Notes: generated from the letters alone by a model not told the origin. Shown: positions 1 through 7,133, counted from the stretch's first letter. The stretch: DNA of 11,877 nt from an uncultured bacterium (GCA_964600515.1 CAZRKD010000028.1:1-11877), one strand, 5' to 3'. Numbers and translations are program-made.

Positions 1-215
1 TTCAAAAAACGAAATACTATTGGATTACTACCTTGGAAAGAACTTTGATTGATTGCTTATTACACAAAAAGCTTCTCGGACATCAGGTGGCGCTTGATGC
101 TTTGAAACAGGCTATTGATCAGCAAAAAGTAAAATTGGGAAAGGTCTATGATCTGGCTAAAAAAATGGGTGTGATCCATCGTATTTTACACTATATTGAG
201 GCAATGGGGTTATGA
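1..215 (+). CDS. Partial, 5'-truncated CDS. Putative C-terminal fragment of an AbiEi-family (type IV TA / abortive-infection) antitoxin-like regulator.
   Basis: The reading frame is open from the window edge at nt 3 with no upstream stop; the 60-aa ORF in the track begins at an internal TTG. It ends TGA at 213-215 and overlaps the next gene's ATG by 4 nt (ATGA), which indicates a coupled pair. The motif '..TLERTLIDCLL..' resembles the C-terminal region of AbiEi-type antitoxins; this is recalled from memory and not searched. Its position immediately upstream of a DUF1814 nucleotidyltransferase fits the family. Confidence 0.4.
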   Translation, partial: QKTKYYWITTLERTLIDCLLHKKLLGHQVALDALKQAIDQQKVKLGKVYDLAKKMGVIHRILHYIEAMGL

Positions 216-1081
216 ACCCAGAAAAGGAAAAACAGATTACTCGTGCTATGAAAAAGCTCATTCAAACTGAGCCTCGTCTCAATTTGAATGAGGTTCGTAT
301 CATCGTAGCTATAGAAAGGGCGATTGCGCGTCTGTCAACATTAACCGAATTGGCAAAACATTTGATATTTAAAGGTGGCTTTGTACTTCTTAAAAGTTAT
401 GAAAGTCTTCGTTTAACGAGAGATGCTGATGCTCTAGCCATAGTTATCTCGAAAGAAAAATTGAGTACTTTAGTTCAAAAAGCATTAGCAACTGATTTAA
501 AAGATGGATTGTGGTATGGAGATATTAAAGTACGAGAATTAACAAAACAGGGTGAATATGGTGCCTATCGTTTTGATTGTGCTTTCCAGATTGGAATGCC
601 TGATCAAAAAAAAGTTCATAAGCTTTCAAGAATCCATATTGATGTTAGTTTTAGCGATCGTTTGCCACGTAAGCCGGCTAATCAAGTTATGTCATCACTC
701 CTTGGACATGAAGAACCGGTGACATGGAGAATCTATCCTATTGAGTACATTATTTCAGAAAAACTTCAGACTTTCATTGATAGAGGATCTTCTAATTCAC
801 GTGCTAAGGATGTATATGACCTCATTTATCTTCTACCAAAGTGTACTGATACTGAAGCTTTATACGCTGCAATTAAAAGTACATTCGAAAATCGACACAC
901 GCAAATTCCCAGCTCATTTCTCAATCATGCAACTCAGTTTGATACGACAATACTTTCGCATGGATGGGCGGGCGTAAAAACACTCAAAGAAAAATCAAGT
1001 TTTGAAACTGCATGGGAAATGTTGATGAGATATCTTCAAGGCTTAGATAATTATATAAATATAAAAGGAGGAAAAGTATGA
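212..1081 (+). CDS. AbiEii/AbiGii-family nucleotidyltransferase (DUF1814-like putative toxin)
   Basis: 289 aa. The N-terminal 'HLIFKGGFVLLKSYESLRLTRDADAL' fits the pol-beta-type NTase signature GG-x13-DxDx, and a later 'IHIDVSF' supplies a third acidic motif, as in AbiEii. The start overlaps the upstream partial ORF (ATGA). Confidence 0.6.
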   Translation: MNPEKEKQITRAMKKLIQTEPRLNLNEVRIIVAIERAIARLSTLTELAKHLIFKGGFVLLKSYESLRLTRDADALAIVISKEKLSTLVQKALATDLKDGLWYGDIKVRELTKQGEYGAYRFDCAFQIGMPDQKKVHKLSRIHIDVSFSDRLPRKPANQVMSSLLGHEEPVTWRIYPIEYIISEKLQTFIDRGSSNSRAKDVYDLIYLLPKCTDTEALYAAIKSTFENRHTQIPSSFLNHATQFDTTILSHGWAGVKTLKEKSSFETAWEMLMRYLQGLDNYINIKGGKV

Positions 1082-1521
1082 ATTTTTTTGCTAAATTCAG
1101 CGACTATAGCTACGCACTCATGCGGATGGTCGTAGGTTTTATGTTTTCATTTCACGGAGTGCAGAAAATTTTTGGTATTTTAAGTGATTACCCGTCTCCA
1201 GCAATTGGAACACAAATGTGGTTTGGTGGATTAATTGAACTTATTGGCGGCTTTCTTATTATGGTTGGTTTCAAAACTCGCTGGGCGGCATTCATTACAA
1301 GCGGTATGATGGCTGTTGCATATTTTCAGTTTCATTGGAAATTTCAATTCAATACCAACTTTTTCCCCGCAATTAATCAAGGTGAGCCAGCAGTTCTTTA
1401 TTGCTTCATTTTTCTTTATATTGCTTGCAAAGGCAGCGGAATATGGAGTCTGGAAAAATTAGGTGCAGACCAACTCATGAACATATTTGGTATGGGGCAT
1501 ATCCCAATTCAAAAAGTGTGA
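1078..1521 (+). CDS. DoxX-family inner-membrane protein, with a 19-aa C-terminal extension contributed by a repeat element
   Basis: 147 aa with four predicted TM helices. It has the DoxX-like motifs 'MRMVVGFMFSFHGVQKIFG' and a near-terminal 'GSGIWSLEKL' (DoxX proteins normally end with G.G.WSLD). A strong RBS AAGGAGG lies 6 nt upstream, and the ATG overlaps the AbiEii stop (ATGA). The tail 'GADQLMNIFGMGHIPIQKV' comes from repeat copy 1. Confidence 0.7.
   Translation: MNFFAKFSDYSYALMRMVVGFMFSFHGVQKIFGILSDYPSPAIGTQMWFGGLIELIGGFLIMVGFKTRWAAFITSGMMAVAYFQFHWKFQFNTNFFPAINQGEPAVLYCFIFLYIACKGSGIWSLEKLGADQLMNIFGMGHIPIQKV
1462..1499 (+). repeat. Copy 1 of a 38-nt dispersed repeat (ggtgcagaccaacNNatgaNNNNatttggNatggggca). 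It forms the 3' end of the DoxX ORF.
   Basis: By manual alignment it is identical at about 34/38 positions to the reverse complement of 4853-4890 and at about 33/38 to the reverse complement of 7197-7234. A shared A-rich 5' flank (gaaRaaWta) precedes the copies at 1462 and 4853. Confidence 0.8.
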
Positions 1522-1565
1522 CATGCTTTTGGAAAAAAGTACACTCACTTTTCTACTCAATAAAT

Positions 1566-2078
1566 TCACTTTTGTGTAAAGCGAGAAATACTATCAATAT
1601 GTTGGGGAAAGTTCTGTAAGAGATAATTTCTTTTTCCTAATTCAAAATCTATAAACTCAAACCCAGGAGCAACGGTGCATCCGACAAGAGCATAAGAATT
1701 CTTATCAATTACTTCAGCTGCAAACCATGTCTGTGCTGGTATGATATGTTGAAAACAACTGGTATTGGTATTTCCTAATATGGTCGTCTTTAAAAGTCCT
1801 TGTGAATCTATTTCGTAGATTGTTAAAGGACTGCCTGCATAGAAATGCCAAATTTCATCAGATTTAATTTGGTGAAAGGCCGAGAAGTCAGCGCTTTCGA
1901 GTAAAAAATAAATAGTCGTACAAAAAACTCTATCCCCATTAAACCGTTTAGGAAGACCTTCTTGTGTAATGATTGCTCGCGATCTGTATACTTCACGATA
2001 ATACCCACCTTCAGGGTGTTTTATTAAATCAAATTTTTTGATGAGGAAGGCGGCCTCTTTATTAGTAATCATATTCAT
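1566..2078 (-). CDS. DUF985 / cupin_5-family protein
   Basis: 170 aa. The N-terminal 'LIKHPEGGYYREVYRS' and the '..FHQIKSDEIWHFYAGSPL..' block are characteristic of the DUF985 cupin family. It lies 4 nt downstream of the SPFH gene on the same strand, so the two probably form an operon. Confidence 0.65.
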   Translation of the reverse strand: MNMITNKEAAFLIKKFDLIKHPEGGYYREVYRSRAIITQEGLPKRFNGDRVFCTTIYFLLESADFSAFHQIKSDEIWHFYAGSPLTIYEIDSQGLLKTTILGNTNTSCFQHIIPAQTWFAAEVIDKNSYALVGCTVAPGFEFIDFELGKRNYLLQNFPQHIDSISRFTQK

Positions 2079-2082
2079 ATAA

Positions 2083-2958
2083 CTACCTTCTGTTTTCTTT
2101 CGTCTCTCTTATTACCGGCAGCACTCCTGCCATTTCGCCAATGACATTCACAAGTTCAGTATCAGAAGGAAGCACAATCTTAGCATTATTTTTTAATGAA
2201 TTCTCGACCGCTTGGATTTTTCGTAACACTTGGGCATTCCCTTTGAAATACGTTTCGGCGGCTTCGTTGACGAGCTGAATTGCTTGGGCTTCACCTTCTG
2301 CTTCGAGAATCTTTGCTTGTTTAATTCCTTCGGCCTTTTTGATTTCCGAGCGTTTAACACCATCTGCTTGTGTCTCAGCTGCAGTAGCAAAATCGATTGC
2401 GGCGATTTTTTCATTCTCGGCCTTCACAACTTTATTCATTGTTTCTTGAACATCTTTTGGGGGATCAATTTCTTTTAATTCAGTTCGCATGATTTCAAGT
2501 CCCCAGTTGTGTGTTTCTGTGGTCAGTGTTTTCAAAAGATCGGTATTGATTCTCCCGCGTTCGCTATTGGCAGATTTGAGACTCATTGTTCCGATGATGT
2601 TTCGTAATGTTGTGCGTGCTAAATTCACAATTTGCCAGCGATAATCATTAACTTTATATTGAGAATTCTTTACGCTTTCTTCATCGGTTCGTATTTTAAA
2701 ATATACCTGCGCATCGACTGTAGCATTGAGATTATCATTGGTAATGATTACCTGCGGTTCAGCATTCACCATTTGTTCGGTTGTATTTACAATGTAAATT
2801 TGTTGAATGCCGGGAATTATCCAGTGAAATCCAGGATGCGCAAACTTAGAATATTTGCCGAGGGTTTCGATAAGCGCTCTACTTGTCGGACGAACAATTC
2901 TAATACCGGACAAGAGAAATAAAATAATAATTCCAAGAAGAACATAAAAAATTGTCAT
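2083..2958 (-). CDS. SPFH/band-7 (stomatin/prohibitin/HflK-C-like) membrane protein
   Basis: It has an N-terminal TM helix (IFYVLLGIIILFLLSGI), an SPFH core, and a C-terminal coiled-coil rich in A/E/K (AENEKIAAIDFATAAETQADGVKRSEIKKAEGIKQAKILEAEGEAQAI). The ORF track starts at 2970 (MEVCM..). I prefer the internal ATG at 2958, because GGAGG lies 5 nt upstream of it and is embedded in the earlier codons. Confidence 0.8.
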   Translation of the reverse strand: MTIFYVLLGIIILFLLSGIRIVRPTSRALIETLGKYSKFAHPGFHWIIPGIQQIYIVNTTEQMVNAEPQVIITNDNLNATVDAQVYFKIRTDEESVKNSQYKVNDYRWQIVNLARTTLRNIIGTMSLKSANSERGRINTDLLKTLTTETHNWGLEIMRTELKEIDPPKDVQETMNKVVKAENEKIAAIDFATAAETQADGVKRSEIKKAEGIKQAKILEAEGEAQAIQLVNEAAETYFKGNAQVLRKIQAVENSLKNNAKIVLPSDTELVNVIGEMAGVLPVIRETKENRR

Positions 2959-3037
2959 ACATACCTCCATTGATTTTTAATTTGTATTATACGTACGATA
3001 TGTATACTGCAGAATTATTAAATACAAGGTTGAATGT

Positions 3038-3478
3038 ATGAACCGTTTTGAAATCATTATATTTCTTTTCTTTAGTTTTGCTTGCGGGATTGGTTTATAT
3101 ACTTTTTATTATGCCAAAGGAGCATCGTATTTGACGAATGATCCACAAGCATGTGCAAATTGTCATATAATGGAAGATCATTATAGTGCATGGCTCAAAT
3201 CGAGTCATCGAAATGTAGCTACGTGTAATGATTGTCATGCACCTCATGATATTATTGGCAAATATTTCACCAAAGCTTTGAATGGATTTAACCATAGTCT
3301 TGCGTTTACTACCGGACGTTTCTCTGAACCTATCAGTATTACAAAACGTAATCATGAAATTACCGAAGCAAGCTGTCGATATTGTCATGCAAATATTACG
3401 AACATGATTGATCATAATCCTTCGGCAGATCAATTATCATGTGTACGCTGCCATGCCAATATTGGGCATGCACATTAA
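3038..3478 (+). CDS. nrfH: Cytochrome c nitrite reductase small subunit NrfH (NapC/NirT-family tetrahaem quinol dehydrogenase)
   Basis: 146 aa with an N-terminal TM anchor and four CXXCH motifs (CANCH, CNDCH, CRYCH, CVRCH). The first is CXXCHxM, as in Desulfovibrio NrfH haem 1. It lies 9 nt upstream of nrfA. Confidence 0.85.
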   Translation: MNRFEIIIFLFFSFACGIGLYTFYYAKGASYLTNDPQACANCHIMEDHYSAWLKSSHRNVATCNDCHAPHDIIGKYFTKALNGFNHSLAFTTGRFSEPISITKRNHEITEASCRYCHANITNMIDHNPSADQLSCVRCHANIGHAH

Positions 3479-3487
3479 GGAGAAATT

Positions 3488-4852
3488 ATGAATAAAAGAT
3501 TAATGATGATTGGAATGATTATTGTTGGAGCTATCGGTGCGCTTGGTATAACGAGTCTTCTCGTTACTATCTTCGAGCGAAAACAAGAAGCAAAGAATCC
3601 CTTTTATCGCGTGGTAGAAATTACCGATGAAACTGAGGATGCATCAGTATGGGGCAAGAACTTTCCTCTCCAATACGATGATTACTTGCGCACGGTAGAT
3701 ATGGTACGAACACGATATGGTGGAAGTGAAGCAACTCCACGAACGCCAAGCAAAGTAGATCCTCGATCTATTGTTTCCCAATCAAAAATAGAAGAAGATG
3801 AACGTTTAAAAACGATGTGGGCAGGCTATGCTTTTTCAAAAGACTTTCGTGAAGAACGAGGACATGGCTTCATGCTTGAAGATCAGACATTTACCGGTCG
3901 ACAAAAAGCAAGTCCTCAGCCTGGTGCATGTATAAACTGCCATGCTTCAACATATGTTGCAATGAAGGAATTAGGCGATGGTGATATTAAGAAAGGTTTT
4001 GAGAAACTCAATTCACTTCCCTATGGAGAAGCTCGTAAGCATGTTAAACATCCTGTTGGATGCGTTGATTGTCATGATGCAAAGACTATGCAGCTTCGTA
4101 TAACACGGCCAGCATTTATTGAAGGTATGAGAGTACTCAAGGCATCTCAAGGAATAAAAGATTATGATGTAAATACAATGGCAACACGCCAAGAAATGAG
4201 AAGCTTTGTTTGCGGACAATGCCACGTGGAATATTATTTTAAAGGAAAAGAAAAGACGCTCACCTATCCGTGGCATAAAGGTTTAGCTATAGAAAATATT
4301 ATTGCATATTATGATGAAGTTGGTCATAAGGATTGGGAACATGCTGAAACGGGAGCTCCAGTTCTCAAGGCTCAGCACCCTGAATTTGAGATGTGGAATC
4401 AAGGAATTCATGCTCGTTCTGGAGTTGCATGTGCAGATTGTCATATGCCGTACAAACGTGTTGGCGCTCAAAAAATTAGCGATCATCATGTACGAAGTCC
4501 TTTACTCAATATTGCACATTCATGCCAGACCTGTCATCGTTTTCCAGAAGCTGAACTCAAAGCGCGAGTTGAGCTGATTCAGTCGAAAACTTTTGAACTG
4601 CGTAATCGTGCAATGGATGCACTTATGGCTTTGATAACTGATTTAAAAAATGCGAAGGCTGTGGGTACATCGCAGGATACATTGAAAAAGACATGGGATT
4701 TTCAACGTAAAGCTCAGTTCATGATAGATTTTGTCGAAGCTGAAAACTCAACTGGATTTCATGCACCTCAAGAAGCGGCACGTATTCTAGGAACTGCGAT
4801 CGATCTTATTCGCCAAGGGCAAATGGAGATTTATAAAATAAAAAAGAATTAG
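3488..4852 (+). CDS. nrfA: Ammonia-forming cytochrome c nitrite reductase catalytic subunit NrfA (pentahaem); CXXCH-type active-site haem
   Basis: 454 aa with an RBS AAGGAG 7 nt upstream. It has five CXXCH motifs (CINCH, CVDCH, CGQCH, CADCH, CQTCH). The NrfA signature blocks 'WAGY.FS.D..E.RGH' and 'FVCGQCHVEYYF' are near-identical to E. coli NrfA. The N-terminus has one hydrophobic helix acting as a signal or anchor. Confidence 0.88.
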   Translation: MNKRLMMIGMIIVGAIGALGITSLLVTIFERKQEAKNPFYRVVEITDETEDASVWGKNFPLQYDDYLRTVDMVRTRYGGSEATPRTPSKVDPRSIVSQSKIEEDERLKTMWAGYAFSKDFREERGHGFMLEDQTFTGRQKASPQPGACINCHASTYVAMKELGDGDIKKGFEKLNSLPYGEARKHVKHPVGCVDCHDAKTMQLRITRPAFIEGMRVLKASQGIKDYDVNTMATRQEMRSFVCGQCHVEYYFKGKEKTLTYPWHKGLAIENIIAYYDEVGHKDWEHAETGAPVLKAQHPEFEMWNQGIHARSGVACADCHMPYKRVGAQKISDHHVRSPLLNIAHSCQTCHRFPEAELKARVELIQSKTFELRNRAMDALMALITDLKNAKAVGTSQDTLKKTWDFQRKAQFMIDFVEAENSTGFHAPQEAARILGTAIDLIRQGQMEIYKIKKN

Positions 4853-5583
4853 TGCCCCATACCAAATGTAGTCATAAGTTGGTCTGCACCTATTTCTTCA
4901 ACAATTTTTTTTGCTGCATTGGCAGGTGTGCCAATTGCTCTTGGTGGCTTTGTGATTGGCCGGCCAATGACTAAAAGAGATGCGCCGGCTCTGATTGCTT
5001 CAGCCGGGGTCATGACTCGCTTTTGATCGCCAAGGGCTGCCCATTCGGGACGAACACCCGGGGTAATTTTGAGTAAATTGTCTAGATCGTGATGCTTCCC
5101 CAGTAATGTGAGTTCTTGAGGCGAGCAAATGATTCCATCACATCCAGCTAAGAGTGCATCTTGCGCAAATTGCAAAACTTTTGTTTGAGAAGACTCACCA
5201 AAAATATGATAAACAGTATTTTCATCAAGTGCAGTTAAAACAGTAACCGCAAGAACGAGTGATTGTCCTTTATTGGCAACCGCAGCTTTCATGGCTTCTA
5301 TGCCTGCTGATGCATGCACATTAAACATTTTAACCTTAAGCCGTGCAACTGATTTTGCCGCAGCTGCAACGGTATTTGGAATATCATCAAACTTTCCATC
5401 AAAAAAAATTTCTCCCCCGAGTGAATGAATACATTCGACGACTTGAGGAGCCCCCACAGCGGTGATTAACTCTAGGCCAACTTTAAAATATCCTACATGT
5501 GGGGCAAGACTTTCGACCAGCGATTTCGCATCATCTAAATTATCTTCATCAAGCGCGACAATAATTCTGTCTTTTGCGTCCAT
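4849..5583 (-). CDS. pyrF: Orotidine-5'-phosphate decarboxylase, with a 13-aa C-terminal tail derived from the repeat
   Basis: 244 aa with OMP-decarboxylase motifs 'IVALD', 'FKVGLEL', 'DxKxxDIPNT' and 'VIGRPI'. Its stop codon overlaps the nrfA stop (TTAG). The tail 'GADQLMTTFGMGH' follows the '..AAKKIVEEI' terminus typical of the family. Confidence 0.85.
   Translation of the reverse strand: MDAKDRIIVALDEDNLDDAKSLVESLAPHVGYFKVGLELITAVGAPQVVECIHSLGGEIFFDGKFDDIPNTVAAAAKSVARLKVKMFNVHASAGIEAMKAAVANKGQSLVLAVTVLTALDENTVYHIFGESSQTKVLQFAQDALLAGCDGIICSPQELTLLGKHHDLDNLLKITPGVRPEWAALGDQKRVMTPAEAIRAGASLLVIGRPITKPPRAIGTPANAAKKIVEEIGADQLMTTFGMGH
4853..4890 (-). repeat. Copy 2 of the 38-nt repeat (minus orientation). 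It forms the 3' end of the pyrF ORF.
   Basis: The reverse complement reads ggtgcagaccaacttatgactacatttggtatggggca, which encodes the PyrF tail GADQLMTTFGMGH. The repeat starts 1 nt after the nrfA stop codon. Confidence 0.8.
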
Positions 5584-5682
5584 ATTTCTATGGTTATTAT
5601 AGAAAAAAAGATTTTACAATATTTTTTTCACTTTCGTGGATAGTTTGACTTTATTTTTTCCGTATGTGAGAAGCATATTTCT

Positions 5683-6198
5683 ATGGAAACAACAAAGCAT
5701 GTTCGTCCTTCGTGGGATGACTACTTTATGGAAGTCGCCAATACGATTTCAAAGCGTGCTACGTGTGATCGCGGCCGAAGTGGCTGCGTAATTGCGCGCG
5801 ATAGTCATCTTCTTGTTACTGGCTATGTTGGTTCTCCAACGGGACTCGCTCATTGCGATGATGTTGGACACCAGATGAAGAAATTACTTCATGAAGATGG
5901 AACAATAACCAATCATTGCGTACGAACCGTTCATGCGGAACAAAATGCTATATGCCAAGCCGCAAAGCTCGGTGTTTCGATTGCAGGAGCAACATTATAT
6001 TGTCGAATGACTCCGTGTCGAGTGTGCGCGATGCTTATTATTAATTGCGGAATATCTCGAGTTGTGTGCGAACGGCGCTATCATGATGGAACTCAGTCTG
6101 AGGCTATGTTTAAAGAAGCTCACATTAAACTGGAATATAAATTTGATGAAGTCCAAAAGTATGCCAATCAGGCAGAAATATCAAAAACTATTTCTTAA
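5683..6198 (+). CDS. comEB: Deoxycytidylate (dCMP) deaminase / ComEB-family cytidine-deoxycytidylate deaminase
   Basis: 171 aa. It has the zinc-binding motifs 'HAEQNAI' (H-A-E) and 'PCRVCA' (PCxxC), and the N-terminus 'RPSWDDYFMEVA' typical of dCMP deaminases. Confidence 0.8.
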   Translation: METTKHVRPSWDDYFMEVANTISKRATCDRGRSGCVIARDSHLLVTGYVGSPTGLAHCDDVGHQMKKLLHEDGTITNHCVRTVHAEQNAICQAAKLGVSIAGATLYCRMTPCRVCAMLIINCGISRVVCERRYHDGTQSEAMFKEAHIKLEYKFDEVQKYANQAEISKTIS

Positions 6199-7027
6199 TT
6201 TCTAATAACGTTTTTCTTCTTGGCTTAAAATTAAATTCCTCGCCATTTTTCTTAATTGAAAGGTGAAGATCACCAAAAAGGCAGGTCTTAATTTCTGTTG
6301 GGTTTTCTCGTTCAAACAGTAAAAATTGTTCCTGAGATGCAAATCCCTTAAAGATAATTTCTATTTCAGGATAACGAACTCTACCCGATATTTCTAAAGT
6401 ATTGTCCACTTTATCACCACAGGATTTCATTTTAATGTTCAAAAAATTACTAAAAGGATCATTGAATTTGTATTCTTTGCCTTGAAAGTAGAGATACGCA
6501 CTTGCCGCCCACTTTCCAAATATTTTCGATGATGCAATTTCAAATACACTTTCTTTGTCATCAAAACCGCTCGAGCTTATGAGTGTCCATTGCGACGTAG
6601 AAAGCTTTTTTGCTTCATATGTTGCCCATGCAATGGGTGTGTGTGAGAAGTTTTTATTATTACACGTACCCTTTGTAATTAATCCATAATGAGATGTAAA
6701 ATAGGGTATTTGCGGTCTGAGCGTATGAATCCAGCGAGGAGTAAATTCGAATTCTCGCGTAGATAAATTAAAATGAAGATTGAGATTAACATCTCCCCAA
6801 GTTCCAAGAGCATCTTCTTTGGTCAGCTTCAAGGTATGTATTGATATCGTATTTTCATTAAATGAATATTGATTGGGTGTAAAAATTTCTTTGCGAACAA
6901 ATTGTTTTCCATCATCATGGGCAAATGCAGCTCGAAGAATCGGAGTTCCCTCTTTCACTATCCAATCAATCAAAAAAGCATTTTTTCCGGTTGAAGAAAA
7001 AATGTACCAAAATTTATTTGTTTTCAT
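6188..7027 (-). CDS. Hypothetical protein with no family recognisable by eye
   Basis: 279 aa, rich in K/N/F, with no TM helix or signal peptide and no motif I recognise. It starts 16 nt downstream of the tRNA-Ser 3' end on the same strand, with no clear SD. It overlaps the comEB 3' end by 11 nt (convergent). Codon usage is AT-rich and uniform over the full length, which supports it being a real gene. Confidence 0.5.
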   Translation of the reverse strand: MKTNKFWYIFSSTGKNAFLIDWIVKEGTPILRAAFAHDDGKQFVRKEIFTPNQYSFNENTISIHTLKLTKEDALGTWGDVNLNLHFNLSTREFEFTPRWIHTLRPQIPYFTSHYGLITKGTCNNKNFSHTPIAWATYEAKKLSTSQWTLISSSGFDDKESVFEIASSKIFGKWAASAYLYFQGKEYKFNDPFSNFLNIKMKSCGDKVDNTLEISGRVRYPEIEIIFKGFASQEQFLLFERENPTEIKTCLFGDLHLSIKKNGEEFNFKPRRKTLLEIKK

Positions 7028-7043
7028 AATTTACGCTTACATT

Positions 7044-7133
<90 letters not shown>

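Noticed and set aside
741-977. 78-aa ORF in another frame inside the AbiEii-like gene. Similar internal or antisense ORFs occur at 1401-1619, 1823-2008, 2193-2414, 2230-2478, 2632-2922, 3095-3433, 4013-4276, 4283-4489, 4302-4577, 7818-8000, 8905-9249, 9408-9803, 10871-11323, 10975-11208, 11043-11273 and 11383-11601.
   Set aside because: All are fully embedded in, or antisense to, longer ORFs with clear family signatures. They have low-complexity or Cys/Phe/Ile-rich composition typical of off-frame AT-rich translation. None has an RBS or motif support.
1462-1499. The repeat as a sigma54 promoter, rho-independent terminator or tRNA-like fragment
   Set aside because: It has no TGGCAC-N5-TTGCW match and no GC-rich stem followed by a U-tract; only a 5-bp CCAA/TTGG stem. 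It has no similarity to the tRNA-Ser sequence in the window.
2959-2970. Upstream ATG (2970) as the start of the SPFH gene, as given in the ORF track
   Set aside because: The GGAGG Shine-Dalgarno is embedded in codons 2-3 of that extension and sits 5 nt upstream of the second ATG (2958). The shorter start is the better model, and the longer one remains possible.
5584-5682. Clear sigma70 promoter for comEB/pyrF in the divergent spacer (TTGACT at 5645-5650)
   Set aside because: A good -35-like hexamer is present, but no acceptable -10 lies at 16-19 nt spacing (TATGTG at 12 nt, CATATT at 23 nt). The signal is too ambiguous to annotate.
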